This document shows positions 14,756 through 23,288 of a stretch of 31,139 bases of DNA, in pieces (position 1 is the first letter of the stretch; each line of letters starts with the position of its first letter). Under the pieces are notes generated by a model. That model saw only the letters and a list, made by a program, of their open reading frames with translations, made no database searches and was not told where the DNA came from. Origin of the DNA: a virus (Duplodnaviria; Caudoviricetes); the IMG/VR virus record IMGVR_UViG_3300032305_000230, positions 1 to 31,139 of that record; one strand, given 5' to 3'. The position numbers and the translations under genes were made by a program.

Positions 14756-15102
14756 TATTAACACTTCCATATCCACCATCAGTTAATACGTATTGGAGAG
14801 CAAATGGAAAAAGACGCTTTATTTCTAAAGCTGGTGTGGAGTTTAAAAATGCTGTGCAGGAATATGTTATTGATAATGCAATTCCTAAACTTGGCAGCGC
14901 TCGCCTTCGTGTGGACATTGTTATTCGCCCTCGTAGTCGTCGCATATTTGATATTGACAATCTGCTCAAAGCTATCCTCGATGCTCTCATGAACGCTGGC
15001 GTGTACGATGATGATAGTCAAGTAGATGATTTACACATAACCCGTGGCGACCCATGCCCTAATGGTGCTTGCTTAGTAGTAATCGAGGTAATTAATGGCT
15101 GA
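14752..15102 (+). CDS. rusA: RusA-family Holliday junction resolvase
   Basis: LPYPPSVNTYWR, DIDNLLKAILDAL and DDSQV motifs. Confidence 0.92.
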   Translation: MILTLPYPPSVNTYWRANGKRRFISKAGVEFKNAVQEYVIDNAIPKLGSARLRVDIVIRPRSRRIFDIDNLLKAILDALMNAGVYDDDSQVDDLHITRGDPCPNGACLVVIEVING

Positions 15103-15556
15103 AAAAGAAGATACAAGGAAGATTAAACGCATCCCATCGCTTAAGAACTATGGTGGTGTGCGTACTATTCAGAAAACACTAGAACGTTCTGCAACACTAG
15201 AAGCCAATCGTGAGGCCGTCGCTTATGCCTTGCTAACAATGGCTAACACAAATCTTACTGACATTATGAGTTGGGATGAACATGGTAACATTAAGGTTAA
15301 AGCGTCGCACGATATACCAGAGCATGCGTTACAGGCGATTAAGAGTATCAAATCAAATACTCGCTACGATAAGGAAGGGAACGCGACTACGACACTTGAC
15401 ATCGAACTCTTTGATAAAATTGGTGTTCTTAGGTTATTGGCAAAAGCGTCTGGGTTACTCGACCAGGCTCAAGAATCTGACAAGCCTTCAGTAATTGGCG
15501 TAAACATTGTGGCTCCAGACCCTATAGATGCAGAGGTAATAGATGGCGAAAACTAA
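15095..15556 (+). CDS. terS: Terminase small subunit
   Basis: Directly upstream of and overlapping terL; AIKSIK...IELFDK..LRLL pattern. Confidence 0.7.
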   Translation: MAEKEDTRKIKRIPSLKNYGGVRTIQKTLERSATLEANREAVAYALLTMANTNLTDIMSWDEHGNIKVKASHDIPEHALQAIKSIKSNTRYDKEGNATTTLDIELFDKIGVLRLLAKASGLLDQAQESDKPSVIGVNIVAPDPIDAEVIDGEN

Positions 15557-17099
15557 AGAACAGTCTGCCAAACAGGTATCGTTTGACGGATTAAACCTAA
15601 ACTTTGCAAAGTCTCCAGAGGTATATAGGTTCCTGCAAGACGATTCGTTTGTGCAAGGGCTAATGGGGCCTGTAGGTAGTGGTAAGTCATACGCCTGCTG
15701 TGCAAAAATTTTTATAAAAGCGTTACAACAAAAGCCATCCCCTGTTGACAACGTGCGTTATTCACGTTTTGCTGTAGTCCGTAACAGTTATCCTATGTTA
15801 AAGACAACAACCATCAAGACATGGCTTGACTTATTCCCTGAGTCTACGTTTGGCCCTATGCTTTGGACTCCACCGATTACGCACCATATACGTTTGCCTG
15901 CAAAGGGAGACGCGGCTGGGGTTGACTGCGAGGTTATCTTCTTAGCACTTGACCAACCTAAAGATGTGCGTAAACTTTTGTCCTTGGAACTTACAGGAGC
16001 ATGGGTAAATGAAGCCAGAGAACTACCTAAAGCTGTTATTGACGGCCTTACTCATCGGGTTGGTCGCTATCCTACAAAGCGTGACGGTGGCGCGACATGG
16101 CACGGAGTCTTTATGGACACCAACCCAATGGATGATGACCATTGGTGGCACCGAGTAGCAGAGAAAGAAAAGGTAACAGGCTTATACGCTTGGAACTTCT
16201 TTAAACAACCAGGTGGGGTGATTGAAGTAGACCCTGCTAACTTGCCTGATAACCCAGAAGCCAATGACCATATCTTTGCGTCAGGCCGTTGGTGGAAGAT
16301 TAATCCTAAAGCAGAAAATCTAAATAATCTACCTGCTGGCTACTATCCACAGATGCTTGGTGGCAAGAACCTTGACTGGATTCGCTGTTACGCAGAAGGT
16401 AAATATACCTATGTGCAAGAAGGTCGCCCTGTGTGGCCTGAGTATAACGACCAAATGATGACAGCTACGATTGAGTATGACGATTCACAGCCTATACAGA
16501 TTGGCTTGGACTTTGGTTTAACGCCAGCAGCAGTCATTGGTCAGCGTTTAGCTAATGGTCGATGGGTTGTATTACATGAGATTGTTACTGAGGACATGGG
16601 TTTGGAGAGGTTTGGTCAACAACTACTTGCAGAATTAAACGCACGTTATCCTAAAGCACAGGTGATGATGTGGGGAGACCCTGCTGGTATGCAAAGGGAT
16701 GCCATTTATGAAGTCACCGCGTTCGATTATCTCAGGACTCTTGGTCTACGCGCACAACCAACCCATTCGAACGACTTTAAAGTCCGTCGTGAGGGGGCTG
16801 CTGCTCCTATGCAACGTCTTATTGATGGTAAACCTGGACTAATGGTGGACACTTCATGCAAGATGCTACGTAAATCCTTGGCTGGTGGGTACCATTTCAA
16901 GCGCGTATCAGTAGGGGCAGGGCAAGAACGCTTCCGTGATGCACCAAATAAGAACGAACATTCCCACGTTGGTGATGCTTTTGGCTATTTGATGCTTGGT
17001 GGTGGGGAACATAAGCGCATGACACGTAATCCACTTGCATCTAGTGGCCCTATCTTTGCTAAAACCGTGATGACTGACTTCGATGTATTTAAGTATTAG
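15543..17099 (+). CDS. terL: Terminase large subunit
   Basis: Walker A GPVGSGKS, Walker B AWVNE, motif III DTNP, nuclease motifs GLDFG and SHVGDA. Confidence 0.95.
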   Translation: MAKTKEQSAKQVSFDGLNLNFAKSPEVYRFLQDDSFVQGLMGPVGSGKSYACCAKIFIKALQQKPSPVDNVRYSRFAVVRNSYPMLKTTTIKTWLDLFPESTFGPMLWTPPITHHIRLPAKGDAAGVDCEVIFLALDQPKDVRKLLSLELTGAWVNEARELPKAVIDGLTHRVGRYPTKRDGGATWHGVFMDTNPMDDDHWWHRVAEKEKVTGLYAWNFFKQPGGVIEVDPANLPDNPEANDHIFASGRWWKINPKAENLNNLPAGYYPQMLGGKNLDWIRCYAEGKYTYVQEGRPVWPEYNDQMMTATIEYDDSQPIQIGLDFGLTPAAVIGQRLANGRWVVLHEIVTEDMGLERFGQQLLAELNARYPKAQVMMWGDPAGMQRDAIYEVTAFDYLRTLGLRAQPTHSNDFKVRREGAAAPMQRLIDGKPGLMVDTSCKMLRKSLAGGYHFKRVSVGAGQERFRDAPNKNEHSHVGDAFGYLMLGGGEHKRMTRNPLASSGPIFAKTVMTDFDVFKY

Positions 17100-17571
17100 A
17101 GAATTAAACGATAATATGCCCAAGATAAACGGGATAGTGTTTGCTCCGTTTGTTTTTGAACATGCAATGGACATTGAAGGCGGTGAGTTTGCTGGATATT
17201 CTGCACAGCGCATGGTTGGCGTAAAAATAATGCTAGAAACTCAAGCACAATTTGGATTTGCCTACACTTGTTTCCTACATGGACAGCCTGTTGCTGTGTT
17301 TGGCTCATCTTTACTGTGGGGTGGCGTTGCAGAAATGTGGTCTGTCATTGGAGATGTAGCTAGAACCAAGCCAATTGCCATGACAAAGATAGGAATTGCA
17401 TTTGCAGATATATCAGAGATAGCTATGGGCTTGCATAGATTGCAAATAACTGTTAAAACATCAGATAATCGCGCTATTAATTGGGCTAGAGCTATCGGTT
17501 TTATATCCGAGTGTACTATGAAGCAATATAGTGAGGATAGAGAGGACTTTAATTTAATGGTTAGGGGTTAA
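17083..17571 (+). CDS. GNAT-fold acetyltransferase-like protein
   Basis: LHRLQITV..DN.RAINWARAIGF..E..MKQY matches the C-terminal GNAT (RimJ/RimL-type) pattern. Confidence 0.7.
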   Translation: MYLSIRELNDNMPKINGIVFAPFVFEHAMDIEGGEFAGYSAQRMVGVKIMLETQAQFGFAYTCFLHGQPVAVFGSSLLWGGVAEMWSVIGDVARTKPIAMTKIGIAFADISEIAMGLHRLQITVKTSDNRAINWARAIGFISECTMKQYSEDREDFNLMVRG

Positions 17572-17573
17572 TT

Positions 17574-17822
17574 ATGGGAAGTAAAGTCGGTGGAAGCTCT
17601 AGTGCAGGAGTACAAAGTAAGGCATCTGGACAAAAATATGGAAGTTTAAATATGAGTTCATTTTACGATTTACAAAATGCTACAAATAGAGCCAATGGAA
17701 AAAAAGATTCTAAATCAACAGAGCCTGCTATAGATGAAAATTTAGGGTCAGTCTCATCTGTTTCTACTATTAGAAAAAATAGAGGTTTGTTGTCAAATTC
17801 AATGTCAGATACTTTAGGTTAG
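17574..17822 (+). CDS. Small putative virion protein (AT-rich, paralogue-like of the next gene)
   Basis: Starts MGS.. and ends R.LLS....TLG, like 17832-18071. Confidence 0.55.
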   Translation: MGSKVGGSSSAGVQSKASGQKYGSLNMSSFYDLQNATNRANGKKDSKSTEPAIDENLGSVSSVSTIRKNRGLLSNSMSDTLG

Positions 17823-17831
17823 GAGATAAGC

Positions 17832-18071
17832 ATGGGCAGTATTCTTGGTGGTGGTGATGGTGGTGCAGAAGCAGCAAGACAGCAATTGGCAATGCAACAA
17901 GCTGAAACAGAGCGCTTGCGTAAACAAGAAATGGAAACAAGGCGTGACTTGGGTGAGGAATTAGCATCTAAACGTCTAGCTCGCGCTCGTGGTGGCGCTC
18001 GTATGTTGTTATCAGAAGCACGTACAAACCCAGAAGAAGGCTTGTCTGCACAAACTACGCTAGGTGCTTAA
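17832..18071 (+). CDS. Small putative virion protein upstream of the portal
   Basis: MGSILGGG, coiled coil, RMLLS...TLGA; RBS AGGAG. Confidence 0.65.
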   Translation: MGSILGGGDGGAEAARQQLAMQQAETERLRKQEMETRRDLGEELASKRLARARGGARMLLSEARTNPEEGLSAQTTLGA

Positions 18072-18072
18072 C

Positions 18073-18222
18073 ATGGAAAAGACAAAGATGCAAAAGAAAG
18101 TGTCTAAAGTCATGCGTGAGTATAAGGCTAGCAAACTTAAATCTAGCTCTGGTGATAAAGTTGTAAACAAAGACCAAGCTATTGCAATCGCAATGTCTGA
18201 GGCAGGAGTAAAACGCAAATGA
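18073..18222 (+). CDS. Small basic protein (DUF6496-like, 49 aa)
   Basis: KVSKVMREYKASKLKSSSGDKVVNKDQAIAIAMSEAG; missed by the ORF track. Confidence 0.75.
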   Translation: MEKTKMQKKVSKVMREYKASKLKSSSGDKVVNKDQAIAIAMSEAGVKRK

Positions 18223-18374
18223 AAGCTGGATTATATGCAAACATTCATGCAAAACGTAAGCGTATTGAAGCTGGCTCTAAAGAAGAAATGCGTGAGCCTG
18301 GTTCAGAAGGCGCTCCTACAGATGCAGCATTTAAGAAAGCAGCTAAGACTGCTATGAAAAAGAAGCCTAAATAA
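18219..18374 (+). CDS. Small basic phage protein (51 aa)
   Basis: MKAGLYANIHAKRKRIEAGSKEEMREPGSEGAPTDAAFKKAAKTA...; translationally coupled on both sides. Confidence 0.75.
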   Translation: MKAGLYANIHAKRKRIEAGSKEEMREPGSEGAPTDAAFKKAAKTAMKKKPK

Positions 18375-18967
18375 TGGCTATTCAAGTAGAGCGCGAGTCA
18401 TCTACCACCAAGTCTAGGTTTGTATCGCCTACCTATACAGACAAAGATGGCGTACAGCAAGTTATTGGCTCTGATAGGTCAATGCCTATCATTGACGTAA
18501 ACCATCTTCGTTTGCATGAAGGTCGTGCATACTATGCTTATCACACACATAAAGATACAGGCAGATTGGCAGTTGGCTCAAGCATTAACATTGCTTTAGC
18601 TTTTCCAGCAGGAGTGGATGCTCATGCCGAAATTGATTATCAATGTGGTGGCGAGGCTGAGATTTATGTATATGAATCTCCAACAACAAGTGGTGGCACA
18701 GCCATGACTTTACATAGGCGCAATAGAGTAATTAATACAGCTAGTCAAGGCGTTGCTGTTTTAAATCCTACGGTAACCGCAGTTGGAACCGAGTTTTACT
18801 CAGAGCTGATTACAAGTGCAGAGGGTCAAGGGAATAGAAGTGGCGCTGGTGGTCGTGGTATTAGTTTTGAATTTATATTAAAGCCATTAACAACATATTT
18901 ATTCCGCTTAACTAATGTAAATGGGGCGTCACAAATGGCTGAAATGCGTATAGATTGGTATGAATAA
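18374..18967 (+). CDS. Hypothetical protein, probably structural (beta-rich)
   Basis: ORF track; coupled within the late operon. Confidence 0.65.
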   Translation: MAIQVERESSTTKSRFVSPTYTDKDGVQQVIGSDRSMPIIDVNHLRLHEGRAYYAYHTHKDTGRLAVGSSINIALAFPAGVDAHAEIDYQCGGEAEIYVYESPTTSGGTAMTLHRRNRVINTASQGVAVLNPTVTAVGTEFYSELITSAEGQGNRSGAGGRGISFEFILKPLTTYLFRLTNVNGASQMAEMRIDWYE

Positions 18968-19236
18968 TGAAGAAAGAACATAAGAATCCAGAGGGCGGAT
19001 TAACAGAAGCTGGGCGTAAATACTTTAAACGCACAGAAGGTGCTAATCTAAAGGCTCCTGTTAAAGAAGGCACAAACCCTAGACGCGTATCATTTGCAGC
19101 TAGGTTTGGTGGAATGAGTGGGCCTCTTGTGGATGAGAATGGCAAGCCTACTAGATTGAAGTTAGCACTAAAGGCTTGGGGATTTGGCAGTAAAGAAGCC
19201 GCACGTAAGTTTGCAAATACACATAAAAAGAGTTAG
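18967..19236 (+). CDS. Small basic phage protein (GGL..AGR...SF.AR..GM...LKAW family)
   Basis: Motif recognisable from small proteins near podovirus portal genes. Confidence 0.7.
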   Translation: MKKEHKNPEGGLTEAGRKYFKRTEGANLKAPVKEGTNPRRVSFAARFGGMSGPLVDENGKPTRLKLALKAWGFGSKEAARKFANTHKKS

Positions 19237-19244
19237 GAAACAAT

Positions 19245-20828
19245 ATGGCTGAAACTAGATTATCCCCAGAGCAAATTCTCAAGCGTCACGAGATTGCTTT
19301 GACCAAGAAAGAGGAGTTCCGTAGCCTGTACGATGAGGCTTACGAATTTGCATTGCCACAACGGAATCTGTATGACGGATTTTATGATGGTAAGGTAGGT
19401 GGCGCTAAGAAGATGAACCGTGTGTTTGATGCTACAGCTATTAACTCTACACAACGCTTTGCCAACCGCATGCAGTCAGGTATTTTCCCTCCGCAAACTA
19501 AGTGGTGTCGTCTTGAGGCTGGTACAGATATTCCTGCTGACCGTAAAGCAGAAGCACAAGGTGCGCTAGATGTATATACCGAGAAGATGTTTGCAACGAT
19601 TAAGCAATCTAACTTTGACATTGCAGTAGGCGAATCGCTACTAGACTTGTGCGTAGGCACATCTGTAATGATGGTACAGCCTGGCGATGATACTAGCCCA
19701 ATTAACTTTATCCCTGTGCCACAATTCTTAGTCGCTTTTGAAGAAGGCGCTAATGGTCGTGTAGATAATGTGTATCGTCGTATGCGTTTAAAAGGCGAGG
19801 CTATTCAGCAACAATGGAAAGACGCTAAGATTGATGGCGCATTAAAGAATAAGATTGACCAAAAGCCTACAGAAGATATTGAGCTAATTGAGGCTACTGT
19901 TTATGACCAAGTTAAAGGCGATTATGGTTACTACGTTATCCATAAAGAGAGCAAGACTTGCATTGTTTACCGTCGTATGAAGTTTAGCCCTTGGGTTGTA
20001 TCACGCTACATGAAAGTAGCTGGTGAAATCTATGGTCGTGGCCCGTTAATCACAGCATTGCCTGACATCAAGACATTGAACAAAGTGCTAGAGCTAGTGC
20101 TTAAAAATGCGTCATTAGCTATTGCTGGTGTTTATACTGCTGCTGATGATGGCGTACTTAACCCTAATACCGTCACAATCGCTCCAGGCGTGATTATTCC
20201 TGTTGCTCGTAACGGTGGGCCACAAGGCGAGTCATTAAAGCCTTTACCGCGCTCTGGTGACTTCAATGTTTCTCAAATTGTGATGAACGACTTGCGTATG
20301 AACATTAAGTCAATCTTGCTTGATGAATCATTGCCACCAGATAACATGTCAGCTCGCTCTGCTACAGAAGTAGTAGAACGTATGAAGCAGTTATCACAGA
20401 ACTTAGGCTCTGCATTTGGTCGTTTGATTAATGAAACGATGGTTCCATTAGTAGAGAAGATTCTACAGATTATGGATGAGCGTGGCATCATTGACTTGCC
20501 ATTAAAGGTGAATGGTCTTGAGATTAAGGTAACACCTGTGTCTCCATTGGCTATGTCACAGAACATGGATGACGTACAAAACATCTTGCAATACGCGCAA
20601 ATCGTACAGCAGTCTGGCCCAGATGGTCAATTTGCTATGAAAACCGATGCCCTATTGGACTTGATTGCTGATAAAATGTCTATTCCACAGGCTGTTCGTA
20701 ACTCACCAGCAGAGCGTGATATGATGAAACAACAAGCAATGCAAATGGCACAACAGGCTAGAGAACAAGCAGACCCAAATAATCCTGTTGACATGCAATT
20801 ATTGGAGGCGATGAAAAATGCAGGGTAG
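19245..20828 (+). CDS. Portal (head-to-tail connector) protein
   Basis: VFDATA, YGRGP..ALPDIKTLN and SATEV..R motifs of T7 gp8/Bbp21-type portals; 527 aa. Confidence 0.93.
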   Translation: MAETRLSPEQILKRHEIALTKKEEFRSLYDEAYEFALPQRNLYDGFYDGKVGGAKKMNRVFDATAINSTQRFANRMQSGIFPPQTKWCRLEAGTDIPADRKAEAQGALDVYTEKMFATIKQSNFDIAVGESLLDLCVGTSVMMVQPGDDTSPINFIPVPQFLVAFEEGANGRVDNVYRRMRLKGEAIQQQWKDAKIDGALKNKIDQKPTEDIELIEATVYDQVKGDYGYYVIHKESKTCIVYRRMKFSPWVVSRYMKVAGEIYGRGPLITALPDIKTLNKVLELVLKNASLAIAGVYTAADDGVLNPNTVTIAPGVIIPVARNGGPQGESLKPLPRSGDFNVSQIVMNDLRMNIKSILLDESLPPDNMSARSATEVVERMKQLSQNLGSAFGRLINETMVPLVEKILQIMDERGIIDLPLKVNGLEIKVTPVSPLAMSQNMDDVQNILQYAQIVQQSGPDGQFAMKTDALLDLIADKMSIPQAVRNSPAERDMMKQQAMQMAQQAREQADPNNPVDMQLLEAMKNAG

Positions 20829-23115
20829 AGATGATATTGCACGTATAGCTTCGGCTAGGGCAGTTGAAATTGCTTCAAGAGCAATTAGTCTTGCTTCGTC
20901 AGTCAAAGGCGAAAAGGGAGATAAGGGAGACCCAGGCGAGATTGTCCTTAAGAATGTTCCTGTTCCTGGAGAAAAGGGCGAGCAAGGCGACAAAGGCGAA
21001 CGTGGCTATACTGGAGCGCAAGGCCCTAAAGGTGATAAAGGAGATAGGGGCGAAAAAGGCTATGATGCTGTTGGCGAAAAAGGTGACAAAGGCGACAAGG
21101 GTGATACTGGCCCACAAGGTGAGCGTGGGTTTACTGGGCCTAAAGGATTTAAAGGTGACGAAGGCGAGCGAGGTCTAACTGGCCCAATACCTAAGCATGA
21201 GATTAAAGGACTTAAGTTTAGATTTCAGCAAGACGATGGAGATTGGGGCAAGTGGATTATTGTTCCAACAGGCGGTGGCGGTGGTGGTCGTGATGACAAA
21301 TTATTTGACCGTCAAAAAGAATTAGTAATTATTGCTGATGCCTATAAAAATAACATTAATCCTTTTCCAGATGCAACTGGTGGTGGTATGGTTTACCCTG
21401 GCGCTGGCATCCCTAATTCTACTGGTAGCGCATGGGGAACATCTTATGGTGTTACAGGTACAGGTAGTGTTGTATTAAGTGATGCACCTTCTTTAACAGG
21501 CGCAGTAACAATAGGCAGCACTACTGGTACCGCAACAGTAACATTAGGGCAAAGCACAGGCGCACAAACAGTCAACATTGCAACTGGTGTTAATAACTTA
21601 AGTGCTAAAACAGTTAATATAGGCACAGGTGCAACTACTGGGGCTACTAATATAACTATTGGGCCAACAGGAACTGGTTCAGGTAATACAACTATAAATA
21701 TCGGGGAAAATGCAAGGACTTCTAACACTACAACAGTTAATATTGCTACAGCAGCTACTTCTAGCGGTGTTTCAGTTATTAGACTTGGCACTATTGCTAG
21801 TGGAACAGCAAACATTGCTATTGGTTCAAATACCGCATCAGGTGCAACAACGATTAATGGAGAGGTATCTTTAACAGCAACAAACCAAGCAATTAATATT
21901 GGTGGCACAAACAGTACAGGCTTAATTACGCTAGGCAGACCAACAACATCATCACAAACTATTGACATAGCTAACGCTGTTCTTGCTACTGGTAGAACTC
22001 AAACAATTAACGTAGGTGCATCAGGTGCATCAGGCTCTACAACTAACATTGCTATTGGCTCTACAGCAGGTACAAGCACTACAACAGTCAATGGGGCAGT
22101 AACTCTATCAGCAACAACACAAGCACTTAATCTAGGCAATAGTCAATCAAGTGGTGCAATAACTGTTGGCGGTACAAGTGCTACTGGTGCAATTGCAATA
22201 GGGCAATCTACAGGCGCACAAACAGTCAATATTGCCACAGGTGCTAATACAGCATCTACTAAAACAGTTAATATAGGCACAGGCGGTACATTTACTACTA
22301 ATATTAATATGGGGAATACCGCAGGTAGCGGCACATTAACTTTTGGACAATCCACAGGCTCACAACAAATTAATATAGGTACAGGTGCTACATTAAATGC
22401 ACAAAATAAAAATATTTTTATAGGCACAAATGGTGCTGTAGGCTCAACAACTAATATTAGAATAGGAAATTCAGCAAGACCATTGACTGCTTTTATTTTC
22501 TTAGATGGCATTGTTACATATGGAACAAGTTTTGCACAAACACCTGTTACAGTTGCAAATTTACCATCAGGTGGAGATGCTCTTGTAGGAGACAGATATA
22601 TTGTAAGCAATGCATTAAGTCCAAGAGCAGGTTCAACTGTCGTAGGCGGCGGTGCAGCAACAATGCCTGTTTACTATGACGGCACTAATTGGATATGTGA
22701 TGCAGGGTTAGGCGCAACGACAGGAACAGGTAGTGTTGTTTTAAGCGATAGCCCAACATTTACAGGCATTGTAACTGCAAACAATGTTCGTAGTAATTCA
22801 ACAACAATAGCCAGCGCATCAACAATCACACCAACATCAAATACTACAAATCAATACACAGTTACTGCGCTTGCAGTTCCAGCAACAATTGCAGTACCTT
22901 CAGGAAGTCCTATTGATGGACAAAAACTTTCAATAAGAATTAAAGATGATGGTACAGCACGAGCATTAACTTGGACTACATCAGCAGGTGGGTTTAGAGT
23001 TATTGGTACGACACTACCAACGACTACAACAGCATCTAAGGTTACTTATGTAGGCTGTGTCTATAACTCACAAGACTCCTTTTGGGATGTTTTGGCTGTA
23101 GCAACTCAAGCATAG
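20818..23115 (+). CDS. Fibre protein with collagen-like (Gly-X-Y) stalk and beta-helical repeats
   Basis: GEKGDKGD-type triplets at ~20908-21189, repeated T(V/I)NIGTG units, and a fibre-type C-terminal domain; RBS GGAGG. Confidence 0.8.
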   Translation: MQGRDDIARIASARAVEIASRAISLASSVKGEKGDKGDPGEIVLKNVPVPGEKGEQGDKGERGYTGAQGPKGDKGDRGEKGYDAVGEKGDKGDKGDTGPQGERGFTGPKGFKGDEGERGLTGPIPKHEIKGLKFRFQQDDGDWGKWIIVPTGGGGGGRDDKLFDRQKELVIIADAYKNNINPFPDATGGGMVYPGAGIPNSTGSAWGTSYGVTGTGSVVLSDAPSLTGAVTIGSTTGTATVTLGQSTGAQTVNIATGVNNLSAKTVNIGTGATTGATNITIGPTGTGSGNTTINIGENARTSNTTTVNIATAATSSGVSVIRLGTIASGTANIAIGSNTASGATTINGEVSLTATNQAINIGGTNSTGLITLGRPTTSSQTIDIANAVLATGRTQTINVGASGASGSTTNIAIGSTAGTSTTTVNGAVTLSATTQALNLGNSQSSGAITVGGTSATGAIAIGQSTGAQTVNIATGANTASTKTVNIGTGGTFTTNINMGNTAGSGTLTFGQSTGSQQINIGTGATLNAQNKNIFIGTNGAVGSTTNIRIGNSARPLTAFIFLDGIVTYGTSFAQTPVTVANLPSGGDALVGDRYIVSNALSPRAGSTVVGGGAATMPVYYDGTNWICDAGLGATTGTGSVVLSDSPTFTGIVTANNVRSNSTTIASASTITPTSNTTNQYTVTALAVPATIAVPSGSPIDGQKLSIRIKDDGTARALTWTTSAGGFRVIGTTLPTTTTASKVTYVGCVYNSQDSFWDVLAVATQA

Positions 23116-23123
23116 GATAAAAC

Positions 23124-23288
23124 ATGAAAATAGATTTTGAGTTTGAAACAAAATATGGTGTATATCGTGATGCGTTGTATTTAGAAGATACTCATAATTT
23201 TACAGAGCAAGAAGTAGATGCCATGAAACAACAGCGTGTTGATAATTGGATTGCTATTGTTGAGAATCCACCAGAGGCTATTGAGTAA
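23124..23288 (+). CDS. Small fibre-associated protein (54 aa)
   Basis: MKIDFEFETKYGVYRDALYLEDTHNFTEQEVDAMKQQRVDNWIAIVENPPEAIE*; RBS AGGA; TAATG coupling to the next gene. Confidence 0.75.
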   Translation: MKIDFEFETKYGVYRDALYLEDTHNFTEQEVDAMKQQRVDNWIAIVENPPEAIE

